A stretch of 64,000 bases of DNA from Takakia lepidozioides (lineage: Eukaryota > Plantae > Bryophyta), in the NCBI GenBank assembly GCA_030704615.1, contig CM060734.1:56048001-56112000 (forward strand), read 5' to 3'. Below are positions 25,700-39,387 of the stretch, piece by piece. The first letter of the stretch is position 1. Every line of letters starts with the position of its first letter. A program made the position numbers and the translations under genes. The notes under the pieces are model-generated. The model saw only the letters and a list, made by a program, of their open reading frames with translations. It did no database searches and was not told the origin of the DNA.

Positions 25700-27522
25700 T
25701 TGAGTGGCTTATACTTACGAGCAAAATCTCCACTCTAGCCCTTGTGAACCTTCAAGAAATGGGTTTATCTACTGTACCACCTGCCTCCCAAATAGCTCGT
25801 CAATTTCAGCATATTCAACTTAGACATCTAAACCATTTGCTGCACCCAACCACAGTAAAGAATCCATTCCCTGTGTCGGCTTGCTTAGTTCATGACAAAT
25901 GGCTCACAACAATAGGGACAATTGTTGACAAATAGGCCTCTACCTTCAGCTCAAGTCATCGCATGCTATTAGAACAATTGTAAGTTTCTGGAGACACATA
26001 AACAAGCATTGCAACAAGGGTAGTCAGCTGCTCAAGGGAAGCCAGGCAGCAACACGCACATCAACCATGGGCTCCTGTAGCTTTACAGCCGGTAATGCCT
26101 TGAGCTGGCTCCCTTGTGGCTTCAACTCAATTGTATTCTCTAGGGTGGCAAATTAATTAAGCCCTGGTCTACCAAAAGCATGAACTTGGCTCTTAAGATC
26201 CCAGCCAATCTTCTTTACGCCCGTGTTGGTTGAAGCCTGGGTAACCTTGTTCCATCGTGTCTTATTTATGTCCTCCCAAGCATTGGATTTGTAATTTATT
26301 GCCACCATGGGCACTTCCACCACATCTACTCAATGACCTGAGTTGGTAAAAAAAGTTGATGTAGTAAACAGGTGAGTCCTTCCAACCAAGCCCATGTCTT
26401 TCGAGTCTTCCTGCCCTGGATTTTGGCACTGCTCCTTGTCTTAATGTACAACATCGGAAGTAAGGTACCTTGCAGACATTCGTCTCCATCAAACCAAAGA
26501 GAAACTACCTTTCTTTAAATACTCTCAATGGCTGGCAAGTGCATGTACTTGACACTCAGATATCTGGCCTTCATAGCGGTTCTAAATAGAAGTTGCACTT
26601 CCTCGAGGTTGTAAACACTGAGGTACTTTCTTCAGAAATGAAGGCTACATACAATAAAGTTACATGTCCTAGAAGCTTGCAAGGTGTCATTGGAGACAAG
26701 ACCCAGAAACACTTAAGGTTGAGGTGCTTCATCTTTTCACATCTTTCATGCACCTTTGCATGCCTAAAGAAAGAGGATTAAAGAGACATTGTACACAAAG
26801 TACCATTATCATCTGAAGCTGTCCAAGCTCCAGTGTCTGCATGACCTTTGAAACCACATAAATTGACTGTGCGTGCTATCTGAACAGGTTCTATGTAGCG
26901 CCTTCACCAGGTGGACTTGGTTTTGCTCCAGCTGCTGAAAGGTAATTTCTTCTAGACTTTGTCCCTCTGTCTACCTCTGCCCTCCCACGTATCATTAGCC
27001 TCTATAGTGTGACATCGAGTGCATTTGCAGCCACATGTATCACATTGGTGTGAAGGCAAAGTAGTCAAATAGCTCTGCCAGAGTTAGCATTCTGCTACAT
27101 AGGAAGATGGAATTGCCAGCCATTACATAAACATTCAACAACCCCTGTAGCAGCGCCTCCTGGGTTGTGAGTTGTGAGCACTTCTGAAACAAATTTGTGC
27201 TCTGGTATAAACTGGTGGGTCGAACTGCTGCCTCCTGGAGGGTCCTCAACGGTGTGGCATAGCCAATGTTGACAAAGAAATGGGTGCACGGCTCACATGG
27301 TGTGGTGTGTTGTAAAGGCAGGTTCGTGAAAGTGTTCGCAATGGTGTGGCCCCGTTTATATCCTCTCAGGGGCCCTGAATCTGGGCAATCGATATGGGAT
27401 AATCGAACCCCAATCATATTGCACCAGGTGGCGGAGAGAATACGCCACCTGCTTTTAACGCCAGAGAACGGGCCGTGTTTGGCCGATTCTGCCCTGTGCG
27501 CGGCCATAGGGCGGCTAATCAC
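25700..27522 (-). pseudogene. Highly decayed KDZ (Kyakuja/Dileera/Zisupton)-like transposase remnant, tentative; duplicated at ~31860-33681
   Basis: CxC-like segment CEPCTHFFVNIGY...RPTSLY...LF, followed in order by weak LERHGL, GWDLKSQ and GAHG*CAC motifs; many stops. Confidence 0.3.
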
Positions 27523-28598
27523 AAAGCTGTTGCGGGCTGGTGGGTATGGCTCGATTGCTGCTCTCGTCTTTGTTTTGTCTTGGAACAGACTGCTAGTTGC
27601 TGCATCTTTGATCGCACCCGAGGAGAGATTTGTCTGTGTGCCTTTGAAAGCATTGAATTGTCAAATGTCTGATTTATCAGAAGAATGCAATGTAGGCTCT
27701 CAAGGTCTAGTTAATATGCATGCCTGTCCTACTGCATCAGAACAGATAACTGATCAGTTTGCGAAGTGAGCAGTTTGAGCTGTCTGTAAAATCGTTTTTA
27801 TCAAATAAGTACCCACAACTCAGATGTGTTCGCTTCTTTCTATGCACATTTTGCAGAGCATAGGCCTTAGCTCCGGTGGTGGACAAAGGGTTGAAGTTGT
27901 TCACAGTTTATTTTAATTCCAAATCGCAACTCCATGTATATTTCTGTTTCTGCTTGATAGATTGTTGCAAGTCCTTCTGCCATTTTACCTCTTGGTCATT
28001 TTTTCCAAGGGTTATGCAACATAAGATCTGAGTTTTGTCTTCACTATGTCGCAGGTTGCTAGTTGTAGAGGGGATAGGGTTTCAAGGTGTGGCAGTTGGG
28101 TGCATGTTCACAACCAAATATATGGCACTCGCTGTGTTCCTTCCTCGCTTTTCCTTTCCCTTCCCTTTTCCCTTTCAAAGATTTAGGTGGTAGTCTTAGT
28201 GCTGGAGTGACAGTCTGGAATAAGAATAAACATTGTTTTGCAATACATTGCTTAAAATGTCTGCACCTCTAGCAGGATTTCCACGGACTATGCTTGAGCT
28301 GGCTTGTCTTAACTTTCACCCTGATAGGAAACTGGTGAGTATTTCCCCAAAAACAGGGCATACCGCAGGGGACATGGCTACAACAACACATGAGTACCTC
28401 TCTGTTGTCTCACGCAATGAATGGAACAAGGAAAAATGCGAGATAAGACCAAATATTGAAGGAGCTGATGGAAGAAGGATAGATGTGCCAATTCTAAGGA
28501 GGTCTCAACGGGAAAGAAAAGCTCCTAGTAGGCTGATTACATCTATGAGTGCCATTGAAGCTATGGAAGAAGCATCAGAAGTGGTTGAACCTGTTGCA

Positions 28599-31500
28599 CT
28601 CTGTTCTCTTCCTCAACTCTGATCTTTTGTGACGAGTGAAGCCTCGTTACTCTGCCTAATGATTTTGTAAGGTTCTTTTATCCTTACTTTTCTTTTTCTT
28701 CTTCTTCTTCTTCTTTTTCTGTTTTTTCCTTACTTATAGCTTATACCGATATGCAGTAGCTCAGTTGGTAAAGTGTACTAAGTGCCACCCTGATGATACT
28801 GGGGTCAAATCTTGCTACTGACGGGTGTGGTATGGTTTCTGGGTGTTGCCCCATTCCTTCGCGCCCCAGGGCGGGTTACTGTGAAAGAGGTTATTTTCTC
28901 CTCTCACTATCAAGGGGCCTGGTTTGTGAGCTGTCGATCCCAGGTGTTTTCCCCTAAGATTTTTTTTTTTTTTATCAGGGCTACAATCCATCCTCCTGTT
29001 AAAGTCTCTTCCTGTAGCAGCGAGTCTAGTCAATGTCACGAATGGAATTCTCAAGCCTCATTACCTCGTACAACAATCGGAGTTGTAGACGTGTTTCAAT
29101 CCTCTAGTCGTCAGCCAAATGTAGAGCGATTGCATCCATGATCAGTGTGCAGGTACAAGGAGAAATCTTCAGATTGAGGGGAACTGACAAGGAAGGGTTT
29201 TTTCCCAGTTTTGAGATGAGGATGTAGAAGATTAGGAGACGGGCATGCATACTGGAAGTCCTTGGCTCATAGAACCTAGATACCTTCATCAGATAACCAG
29301 TTTTACGTGTTTCCCATTCCCTGTTTACAAATACTGAGCATCGGAAATCGGTAGTTCAATATACCCTTCGGCAGTAGCAAACTCCATCATTGAAATCTAA
29401 GGATGCTATTGCATAGGGAGTGACGCACACTCTTGATATAAGTGGGGCGGCACTCTGCATGCAACGCAGAGCCCACTCTATCAAGCAGTGGCAAAGGGTT
29501 CTCCTTCCTAAATTTGGAAGTTTTGTGCGTTAAGGTCCAGCCAAGAGTCGTGGGTGGATGTAATAGAAGGCTCTTTGTTTCACATGTGTTACTTGCTGAG
29601 CTACAGGCAGATCCCTTCTTCTCTACTTGCTGATATGCTATGCTTGTGTAAGTAAAGATCTCAGTTGTGCAAGATAGCAATTGCATCTCTTAATGTTTTG
29701 TTCTAAGGGCCAGGACCCCTAGTTGGATGTCACAACTGCAGAATTATGCAGGAGATTGATTGAGAAAGGCAGAGATGATATTCTCCTGAAGAAAGTGTGC
29801 TGAATTGCAAATTTTTCGCCCAACTCATGTTAGCATTTCAGCATAGGGACTACTGTGTGTTCCGTAGGGTTGCGTTGTTAGCTAGATAATCTTAGGTTGT
29901 CATTGTCAGGTAGCAGCATGGGGGAGGATCCTTGCATTGTTGTTGTCGAGGCAGGGATAGCTGAAGGAGGCAGGTATGGTGTGGGTTCAGCTCCATCCAA
30001 GAGGGCCGGATTTCAAGCATAAGAATCCCACTGAGCCATCAAGGATTGATAACTACAAGACACCTGCATTTGTAGATGGTCAACTGGATGCAGCAGCAGC
30101 AGCACAAGTAGTACACTCAGGCACCTCCACCATGACAACCGATCCCAAACAAGGACCAAGACACAAGGTCTCTTCTGGCACTTGTGGATAGGTGACTACT
30201 GTTCTTTCCAAAGCTTTTCCTCATCTTTGTTTTTTATTTTCGAATATTAACCTGCAACCCATCCCTGTCACATGCCAAAATAGTTGTAACCACCAGAGAT
30301 CCACCTGATGAGCTAAATCATAGAACTCATTACCAACAAGTAGGGACACATCTGAGGGAAAGTACAAAACTAGCCTAAATGTACTGAAAAACAAGGCGCC
30401 CTCACCACATTGTGCTTGACCTCGTGTCATGGAAGCAGCTAGCTTGGAGGATTCAACCAATCCTCAATCCAAAGGACCTATTGTGCACTCTCCTTATCTT
30501 TGTAGTCTGGTGATCTCTGATTGGTCTGTGAAAACGTGCAGCTGAGCGGCCATGGTTTTAAACATGGCCTCCTAAGACCAAGCCACCCCTCCCAAGTACC
30601 TGGTACACCAGGAGAAACCCTTGGGCAATGCATCTTTACATGTGCCACTTCTGCTGGCACTGAAAGGGCAAAGGCCATTTCTGCTAACTCCTGAGCTTTG
30701 ACTTCAAGATCCTGAAGTTTGCGATGCACCAGTTGCTGTGCTCTATGACATTCCTTCATATCCACCCCAAGTCCCCAATTCTCCATGTCTGCCAGCACTC
30801 CTACCTGACCACATGTGTCTTGTCACACAGCTCACCTCCCTTTCTCCGTGACCATTTGTTGCATTCAGAAAGTTTCCTCTCAAGCCATTCCATAAACCCG
30901 ATTAAATAATGGCTGATATAGCTCCTTCTTGTCATTCTCTCTGAGATTCCATGGATGTCATGGAATTACTTCCTTCCTTTCTTTCACTTTGCTAGTGTGC
31001 TCCCAAGACAATATTTTCTGTTGCATCACCAAACTCACGCCTCCTAAAATAGCCTGTGACTAGAAGCGAATGGAAGCTTCAGATTTATGCGAGGTATCCC
31101 TTTGCCTAAATTTGCACCTACTTATCTGGAAAGGAACAAAGTTTTTTTATGCTGCCATGATTTATGACCTACATCTTAGGGTGGTGTTACTTATAGGGAT
31201 CCTTCATTATCTTTAACCTCGTCACACTTCACTTGAAACACACTGATTGAGAGGCAGGTGATGCGGAAAGCATCATTGAATGTTCAACGAGAGTTGCCCA
31301 AATTGCGAAGGATGGAGGAAAAATATTACCAAGGGCATTTCGAGTTGAAGGAGAGGATGGTCGAGGCCCTCTGTCATTAACAGCTTCCAAAAAGCCAAAT
31401 GCAATGCCCACACTTGTGCTGCCCCACGGCAGCAACCATTACCTGCCACACAACCCATCTGGTTGCCCCACCTTCCTGCCCTGCTGGCAGCAGCTGCAAC

Positions 31501-34500
31501 CTCACCAGGCAATCTCTTCTTTACTTCCTCTCAGATATATTAGCAAAACACTCGTCAACCTTCATTCATCATGCTGCAACCTACATCTCACCTGCTGGGA
31601 AGAGGGAGGAAAGAGAAATCAAGTTGAATCAAGGCCTTGCTTTGCATACTATGTACACAACTTATCTCCAAAGAAGTCAAAGATTCAGGTATTACCAGGT
31701 CATCAATGCACGAGACACTCAGCGTGTGCAGACAACTGCCCAAGGAATGCACAAGATGACATAATTTTTTCTTTTGTTAGCGCTTCACTTTCCAGCTACA
31801 AACTTCTTAAGAAGGAACCATAGCTTCAAACATCAGATATAGGTAGTTTGTGTTTAGCTTGAGTGGCTTATACTTACGAGCAAAATCTCCACTCTAGCCC
31901 TTGTGAACCTTCAAGAAATGGGTTTATCTACTGTACCACCTGCCTCCCAAATAGCTCGTCAATTTCAGCATATTCAACTTAGACATCTAAACCATTTGCT
32001 GCACCCAACCACAGTAAAGAATCCATTCCCTGTGTCGGCTTGCTTAGTTCATGACAAATGGCTCACAACAATAGGGACAATTGTTGACAAATAGGCCTCT
32101 ACCTTCAGCTCAAGTCATCGCATGCTATTAGAACAATTGTAAGTTTCTGGAGACACATAAACAAGCATTGCAACAAGGGTAGTCAGCTGCTCAAGGGAAG
32201 CCAGGCAGCAACACGCACATCAACCATGGGCTCCTGTAGCTTTACAGCCGGTAATGCCTTGAGCTGGCTCCCTTGTGGCTTCAACTCAATTGTATTCTCT
32301 AGGGTGGCAAATTAATTAAGCCCTGGTCTACCAAAAGCATGAACTTGGCTCTTAAGATCCCAGCCAATCTTCTTTACGCCCGTGTTGGTTGAAGCCTGGG
32401 TAACCTTGTTCCATCGTGTCTTATTTATGTCCTCCCAAGCATTGGATTTGTAATTTATTGCCACCATGGGCACTTCCACCACATCTACTCAATGACCTGA
32501 GTTGGTAAAAAAAGTTGATGTAGTAAACAGGTGAGTCCTTCCAACCAAGCCCATGTCTTTCGAGTCTTCCTGCCCTGGATTTTGGCACTGCTCCTTGTCT
32601 TAATGTACAACATCGGAAGTAAGGTACCTTGCAGACATTCGTCTCCATCAAACCAAAGAGAAACTACCTTTCTTTAAATACTCTCAATGGCTGGCAAGTG
32701 CATGTACTTGACACTCAGATATCTGGCCTTCATAGCGGTTCTAAATAGAAGTTGCACTTCCTCGAGGTTGTAAACACTGAGGTACTTTCTTCAGAAATGA
32801 AGGCTACATACAATAAAGTTACATGTCCTAGAAGCTTGCAAGGTGTCATTGGAGACAAGACCCAGAAACACTTAAGGTTGAGGTGCTTCATCTTTTCACA
32901 TCTTTCATGCACCTTTGCATGCCTAAAGAAAGAGGATTAAAGAGACATTGTACACAAAGTACCATTATCATCTGAAGCTGTCCAAGCTCCAGTGTCTGCA
33001 TGACCTTTGAAACCACATAAATTGACTGTGCGTGCTATCTGAACAGGTTCTATGTAGCGCCTTCACCAGGTGGACTTGGTTTTGCTCCAGCTGCTGAAAG
33101 GTAATTTCTTCTAGACTTTGTCCCTCTGTCTACCTCTGCCCTCCCACGTATCATTAGCCTCTATAGTGTGACATCGAGTGCATTTGCAGCCACATGTATC
33201 ACATTGGTGTGAAGGCAAAGTAGTCAAATAGCTCTGCCAGAGTTAGCATTCTGCTACATAGGAAGATGGAATTGCCAGCCATTACATAAACATTCAACAA
33301 CCCCTGTAGCAGCGCCTCCTGGGTTGTGAGTTGTGAGCACTTCTGAAACAAATTTGTGCTCTGGTATAAACTGGTGGGTCGAACTGCTGCCTCCTGGAGG
33401 GTCCTCAACGGTGTGGCATAGCCAATGTTGACAAAGAAATGGGTGCACGGCTCACATGGTGTGGTGTGTTGTAAAGGCAGGTTCGTGAAAGTGTTCGCAA
33501 TGGTGTGGCCCCGTTTATATCCTCTCAGGGGCCCTGAATCTGGGCAATCGATATGGGATAATCGAACCCCAATCATATTGCACCAGGTGGCGGAGAGAAT
33601 ACGCCACCTGCTTTTAACGCCAGAGAACGGGCCGTGTTTGGCCGATTCTGCCCTGTGCGCGGCCATAGGGCGGCTAATCACAAAGCTGTTGCGGGCTGGT
33701 GGGTATGGCTCGATTGCTGCTCTCGTCTTTGTTTTGTCTTGGAACAGACTGCTAGTTGCTGCATCTTTGATCGCACCCGAGGAGAGATTTGTCTGTGTGC
33801 CTTTGAAAGCATTGAATTGTCAAATGTCTGATTTATCAGAAGAATGCAATGTAGGCTCTCAAGGTCTAGTTAATATGCATGCCTGTCCTACTGCATCAGA
33901 ACAGATAACTGATCAGTTTGCGAAGTGAGCAGTTTGAGCTGTCTGTAAAATCGTTTTTATCAAATAAGTACCCACAACTCAGATGTGTTCGCTTCTTTCT
34001 ATGCACATTTTGCAGAGCATAGGCCTTAGCTCCGGTGGTGGACAAAGGGTTGAAGTTGTTCACAGTTTATTTTAATTCCAAATCGCAACTCCATGTATAT
34101 TTCTGTTTCTGCTTGATAGATTGTTGCAAGTCCTTCTGCCATTTTACCTCTTGGTCATTTTTTCCAAGGGTTATGCAACATAAGATCTGAGTTTTGTCTT
34201 CACTATGTCGCAGGTTGCTAGTTGTAGAGGGGATAGGGTTTCAAGGTGTGGCAGTTGGGTGCATGTTCACAACCAAATATATGGCACTCGCTGTGTTCCT
34301 TCCTCGCTTTTCCTTTCCCTTCCCTTTTCCCTTTCAAAGATTTAGGTGGTAGTCTTAGTGCTGGAGTGACAGTCTGGAATAAGAATAAACATTGTTTTGC
34401 AATACATTGCTTAAAATGTCTGCACCTCTAGCAGGATTTCCACGGACTATGCTTGAGCTGGCTTGTCTTAACTTTCACCCTGATAGGAAACTGGTGAGTA

Positions 34501-34752
34501 TTTCCCCAAAAACAGGGCATACCGCAGGGGACATGGCTACAACAACACATGAGTACCTCTCTGTTGTCTCACGCAATGAATGGAACAAGGAAAAATGCGA
34601 GATAAGACCAAATATTGAAGGAGCTGATGGAAGAAGGATAGATGTGCCAATTCTAAGGAGGTCTCAACGGGAAAGAAAAGCTCCTAGTAGGCTGATTACA
34701 TCTATGAGTGCCATTGAAGCTATGGAAGAAGCATCAGAAGTGGTTGAACCTG
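28599..34752 (+). repeat. Tandem duplication unit B
   Basis: Near-identical to 22441-28593. The junction carries 5 nt (TTGCA, 28594-28598). Unit B runs on into the Copia pol. Confidence 0.97.
28750..28973 (+). mobile_element. tRNA-derived SINE-like element (duplicated copy)
   Basis: Same as 22592-22814 with one extra T. Confidence 0.6.
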
Positions 34753-36553
34753 CGACATATGAGGAAGCGATGCGCTCTCCAGACAAACTACAATGGGAAG
34801 AAGCAATCAACTCAGAGTTGGATTCATTGATGCAAAACAAAGCGTAGACACTCACTAGGTTGCCTACAAGACGAAGAGCCATTGGTTGCAAGTGGATCTT
34901 CAAGTTGAAGTACAAAGCTGATGGATCTATTTACCGGTACAAAGCTCGCCTTGTAGCTAAAGGCTATGCACAAGTTCAAGGAGTGGATTATAATGAAACT
35001 TTCTCATCAGTGGTGAAGATTTCTTCTATCAGAATGTTGTTAGCTCTTGCAGGTCAACATGATCACGAAGTTCATCAAATGGATGTTAAGACGACATTTC
35101 TGAATGGAGAATTACAATAAGAGATCTACATGAGACAACCTGAAGGGTTTGTACAAGCAGAAAGTGATACTGTGTGTAAGCTGCAAAAGAGTTTGTATGG
35201 TCTCAAACAAAGTCCTCCAGCTTGGTATGCCAGGATCGATACTTACCTCTTAAAGGCAAGATTTGAACGAAGCATTGCTGACACAAACATCAATGTGAAA
35301 AAAATGGGAGAGTAATTTGTGGTCATAGCTCTATATGTGGATGACACAATCATTGTCACCAACGATTGTCAAAGATTGTTGCCAGAAACCAAAGCACTGT
35401 TGAGTGCTGAGTTTGCCATGACTGACATGGGTGAGATTCGGTTCTGTCTTGGTATTCAAATCAGCAGAGATCGAGTGAACCATACAGTATTGATGCATCA
35501 ACAACAATACATTGAGACCATTCTAGAAGCAAGAGGATATGAGGAAAACTCCTTATCAAAGCGCAATCATCAGTTTGATGTATTGCATGGTTTGTACTAG
35601 GCCAGACATTGCAGTGGTCTCACAATTTCTTTCAAATCCCGGACAAACCCACTGGAAAGCAGTGAAGAGGATATTTCGATATCTAAGAGAAACATCAACC
35701 TCTGGTCTACTCTACAAGAGAGTGGAAGATCCAAGCTTGTTGGGGTTTGCTGATGCTGACGGGGCAGGAGACGTTGATAGTAGAAAATCAACTTCAGACC
35801 ATTATTTTCTCCTAGCAGGTGGAACTGTATCTTGGTCTAGCAAACGACAAGTTGCAACAGCGTTGTCATCAACAGAAATTGAGTACATGTCCATTACATA
35901 AGCTGCAAAGGAGGCTATTTGTTTACGGAAGTTGCTTGGAGATTTAGGTCATCTCCAATCATTACCTACGACTCTCTATTGTGGCAATCAAAGTGCGATT
36001 GCACTGAGTCAAAACCCGAAGTATCATTCAAGGACGAAGCATATTGAAGTGCAACATCACTACATACGGGAAGTTGTATGCAAGGGAGAGATCAAGGTGA
36101 TCTATTGTGCTACAGAAGATATGGTTGCAGATGTTTTGACAAAGAGTCCACCACAAACAAAACACATGAAGTGTTCAGCCTTACTTGGTGTGTCTTCTCA
36201 AAAGACAAACGAAGTAGCTCAATGATATGGTTTAATTGAGTGTGAATGTTGGAAGTAATTAAACATATCTAGAAGACTAGGAGTCTTGAAGGCCAAAGGT
36301 TTAGAAGTCTAAGAGACTATCTTGTTTAATTCACCTTTGGAAGGTGAATGGCTAGAAGGTGGATGGTCACCATAGTGGAAGTAGAAGTGACCAAGTAGGA
36401 CTTCCTAGAGACCTTCTTGTACAAGCTCGGGGGTGAAGCCACTAGTCTAAGTGTAAGAGTATGATGGTGGCTTCTATGGTTGGGAGGAGAGCTTTAGTTT
36501 TAGCTTTAGTCTAAGACTTTAGTTCTTGTTCATGTTCTTGCTCAATTCTAACA
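34560..36553 (+). mobile_element. 5'-truncated Ty1/Copia retrotransposon: RT + RNase H pseudogene, PPT region, 3' LTR
   Basis: EPATYEEA, KWIFKLK, YKARLVAKGY, HQMDVKTTFLNG, LYGLKQS, LYVDD, VSWSSKRQ, HSRTKHIEVQHHYIRE and ADVLTK, with several in-frame stops. Confidence 0.95.
36247..36553 (+). mobile_element. Copia 3' LTR (307 bp)
   Basis: TGTTGGAA...TTCTAACA inverted ends, just downstream of the pol stop and a degenerate PPT (ttgagtgtgaa). Confidence 0.8.
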
Positions 36554-36627
36554 TACCCCTGATGTAGCATATGTTGAACACGGCGATGCGTAGAAAATTT
36601 CGAGTCTGGATTGGACAAGAAACGGTC

Positions 36628-39387
36628 GACCACATTATCTGTATGAGAATTTTTAATTATTCTGAAGACAACTACCTAGACTTAAGGGAAATCAAGATCA
36701 GCTGCAAACTGCTTCAAGAATTAGTCGACTCCATTTGTACGTACTAGTTGCAATGACTACAGCTCTGCAATTGTTACAGCCTCTGGCCTCATAGCCTATG
36801 CGTGATGTGTTGGCGCAGGCGTCATGGTTCCTTCTTGTGTATAGCTCTACTGCCTCCAGTATACGCACTGCTCACTTGAGTGAAAGATCAAATGTCAGGG
36901 CCGCAGGAATGTGAATTCTTGCTTTTCCTACATTTGCACATGTCTTGTCACAAACACCAACAAGCCATGTCTTAGCATGTCAAGTGATATGCAATACTGG
37001 GATAATGTCCAGGTTCATACATTCATTTGTCCTCATCAAGTGATGGCACAAAGTAGGAGAAAGTATGCATCCAGGACATTCGCAACCAGCATGTCATGGG
37101 CAATACACAAACTTGCAGGCAACTATAAGATTGGAAATGACATGCTAGAATTCTCCATTGCAACTCCGATTACAGGTCAGGGACAAGGTTAACGAGATGA
37201 TGACTATACCTTTTCAACAAAAGAACAGTTGTGGTAAACAGACACCACGACAGGGGAGACGCAGCAATATGTGTCTTCCTACTCAAGGGAGCTAAAGAGA
37301 TTCACGGGAGGAAAGGGGGACAGAGACAATAATGCAAAAGGGCCGAAAGCGGGAGCGGGGGAGCGGCGAGGCTAGGTACAAGCCGTAGCCATTGCTCTCG
37401 ATGTCCCACGAATTGGATCGAATCAAATCGGAACATATCCTGCATATCGCGGAGTGACGCGCCATGTGTGAGCTCATGTCATGTTTGGCCCAGTTTGAAG
37501 GATGGTAGGTACACGAGCAACGAGGGATCTCCCGTCGCCACGTGCGCGTTTTTGGTTGGTCCTGCTCAACCAAAGAACTTCAGACCACCAAAAGTGGAGG
37601 GTGTGAAACAAGACGAGATGTCGGTACGTGGAGTTCTTTTTTGAGACATCGAAGGTGCTGTGAATTTTTACTAGTATCTCACCGAGGTTTGAACACCAGT
37701 CTGTTTGAAATGTTGGGTACGTAATTTTGTGACCGTTGGATGCTGACTAGTACTGGCATATCGCGGCTGTCCATAATGGCGCCATTCAACATTGTAGTGC
37801 GCCAGTAAGTAAGCGGCTATAGCCCAGGGTTTTTTTTTGCTTTAAAAGGGATTCACGCTGCTCGAAGGCACTTGTGTTGCTGCTGAGAGAGGAGGATAGA
37901 CAGCTTGGGATCTGATGTGTGCGTGATAGAGATTAGTTCGGGCAGCGAGAGCTCGCTGCTTGAGCGGGCCAATCGGATACACGAGGGAGAGGGGCTGCCT
38001 GGTTGCTCTAGGTTGAAGCGAAGGAGCTGGTCAGAGCGATGTGGAAATGAAATGAAATGAAATGGTGCTTTATAACATCTGCGGAAAGCTCATAGAGCTT
38101 ATGGGACAAAATGGAAGAAAACATGAGAGAGGAACAAATCCAGAAACCACAATTAATGTTCTAGCGATTGTCTAAGGATGAAGGCCTCGTGCAGGTAGGC
38201 TGCCAAGCATTTTTGATCCTCATAGTGGAAGACATCAGTGATTTGGGTTCCACTGAATAAACAGTGGAATCTCCCATGGATCTCGTAGTATAGAGGGCAG
38301 TAGAAGAAGAAGTGTTCTTCAGTTTCAATTTCCTTGTTGCGCCCTATGCAAGCTGGACATAGGCGGTCCTCCCATTGCAGGTTTTCCCATCTGCCAGTCT
38401 CTATCCATAGGTTGTGGGAACCCACCCCGAATTGCCCCAATGCCCTCAGGAGGGAAGGAGATAAGGATGCTGAAAGGTAATTTGGTCTCAAGATTCTATC
38501 ATCACGGAGCACCAAGAATGTCTCTCAATAGAAGTGGAGCTTTAAGCTCGCACGACAAGTATATTACCGGTAGGGCCACAGAAGTCTTTAAGAACCGTGA
38601 CAATGAATTCTACGAACATAGACTGATGTGAGGGCAATAAGTTTAGAATTCAAGATGTATCTATAGAGCAGCTTTCTTTACTGACTATGGCATCGGATAT
38701 TGTGGTGAATTGTAACAGCCTATTGCTCACGATGGTTCAATTCAATCGAGGCTATTTCTCGCCCAAACAAAGAAGTTAGCCTTGGAGTTTCGTCACACAC
38801 ACGTGGACCAGCTTGTGAGGAGCGAGGGCAATTTTGATTAGCCTCTAGTGACTCTTCAAAGATCATGACTCTATAAAAAGTTTTTGTAAAATTTGTAAGG
38901 CTAGTTTCTATCTAGCTCGACAGCGGTAGTAAGTAGGAGTACAACGTAGTAGGAGCAAGGTAGCACAGGAGACCACTCGTCGCCGGAGCTCGACGGATTG
39001 ATGTACTCATGGTGTGTTCCCATGGAACCCGGGCGTCAAAACCCGCCATCTACATCGTCCAAGAGCCTCCCATCCAAGAGCCCAAGTTATGGAATATAGC
39101 ATGGCCTGTGTTCCCCTGGAACCGGGGCGTCCCCTGACCTGACAGTCCGACTGTGTCCAACAGCCTTATTCGGACGACATTGCACGGGGCGTCAAAGCCT
39201 GCCCGTTCCTATCGTGTGGCTTCTTGGAGATGCAGGTCTCCAGGCCGTCACCCTTTCTGCAGAGACGGGGGAAGGCTTGGAACCGGCCTTTGCGACCACA
39301 CCATTATGACTGCCAGTAACTGCAGTCTGCGCTGAGCGGCTTCCGCGATGATGCACAAGTGGGCTTTGCCTCTGCAATGTTCGCTTG
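36628..39387. mobile_element. Unclassified ~2.8-kb dispersed element, copy 3 (interrupted by a LINE fragment)
   Basis: Same termini as copy 2 and colinear except for 38048-38542. Confidence 0.9.
38048..38542 (-). mobile_element. 5'-truncated LINE 3' end with (CATTT)n tail
   Basis: ORF 38153-38515 GSHNLWIETGRW...RLCPAC...ETEEHFFFYC (ORF2 C-terminal CCHC) and a microsatellite tail at ~38045-38063. Confidence 0.85.

Larger units (their letters stand above)
22441..28593 (+). repeat. Tandem duplication unit A (~6.15 kb)
   Basis: The ORF track recurs at an offset of 6158/6159. The only difference I noticed is one T in a homopolymer. Confidence 0.97.
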
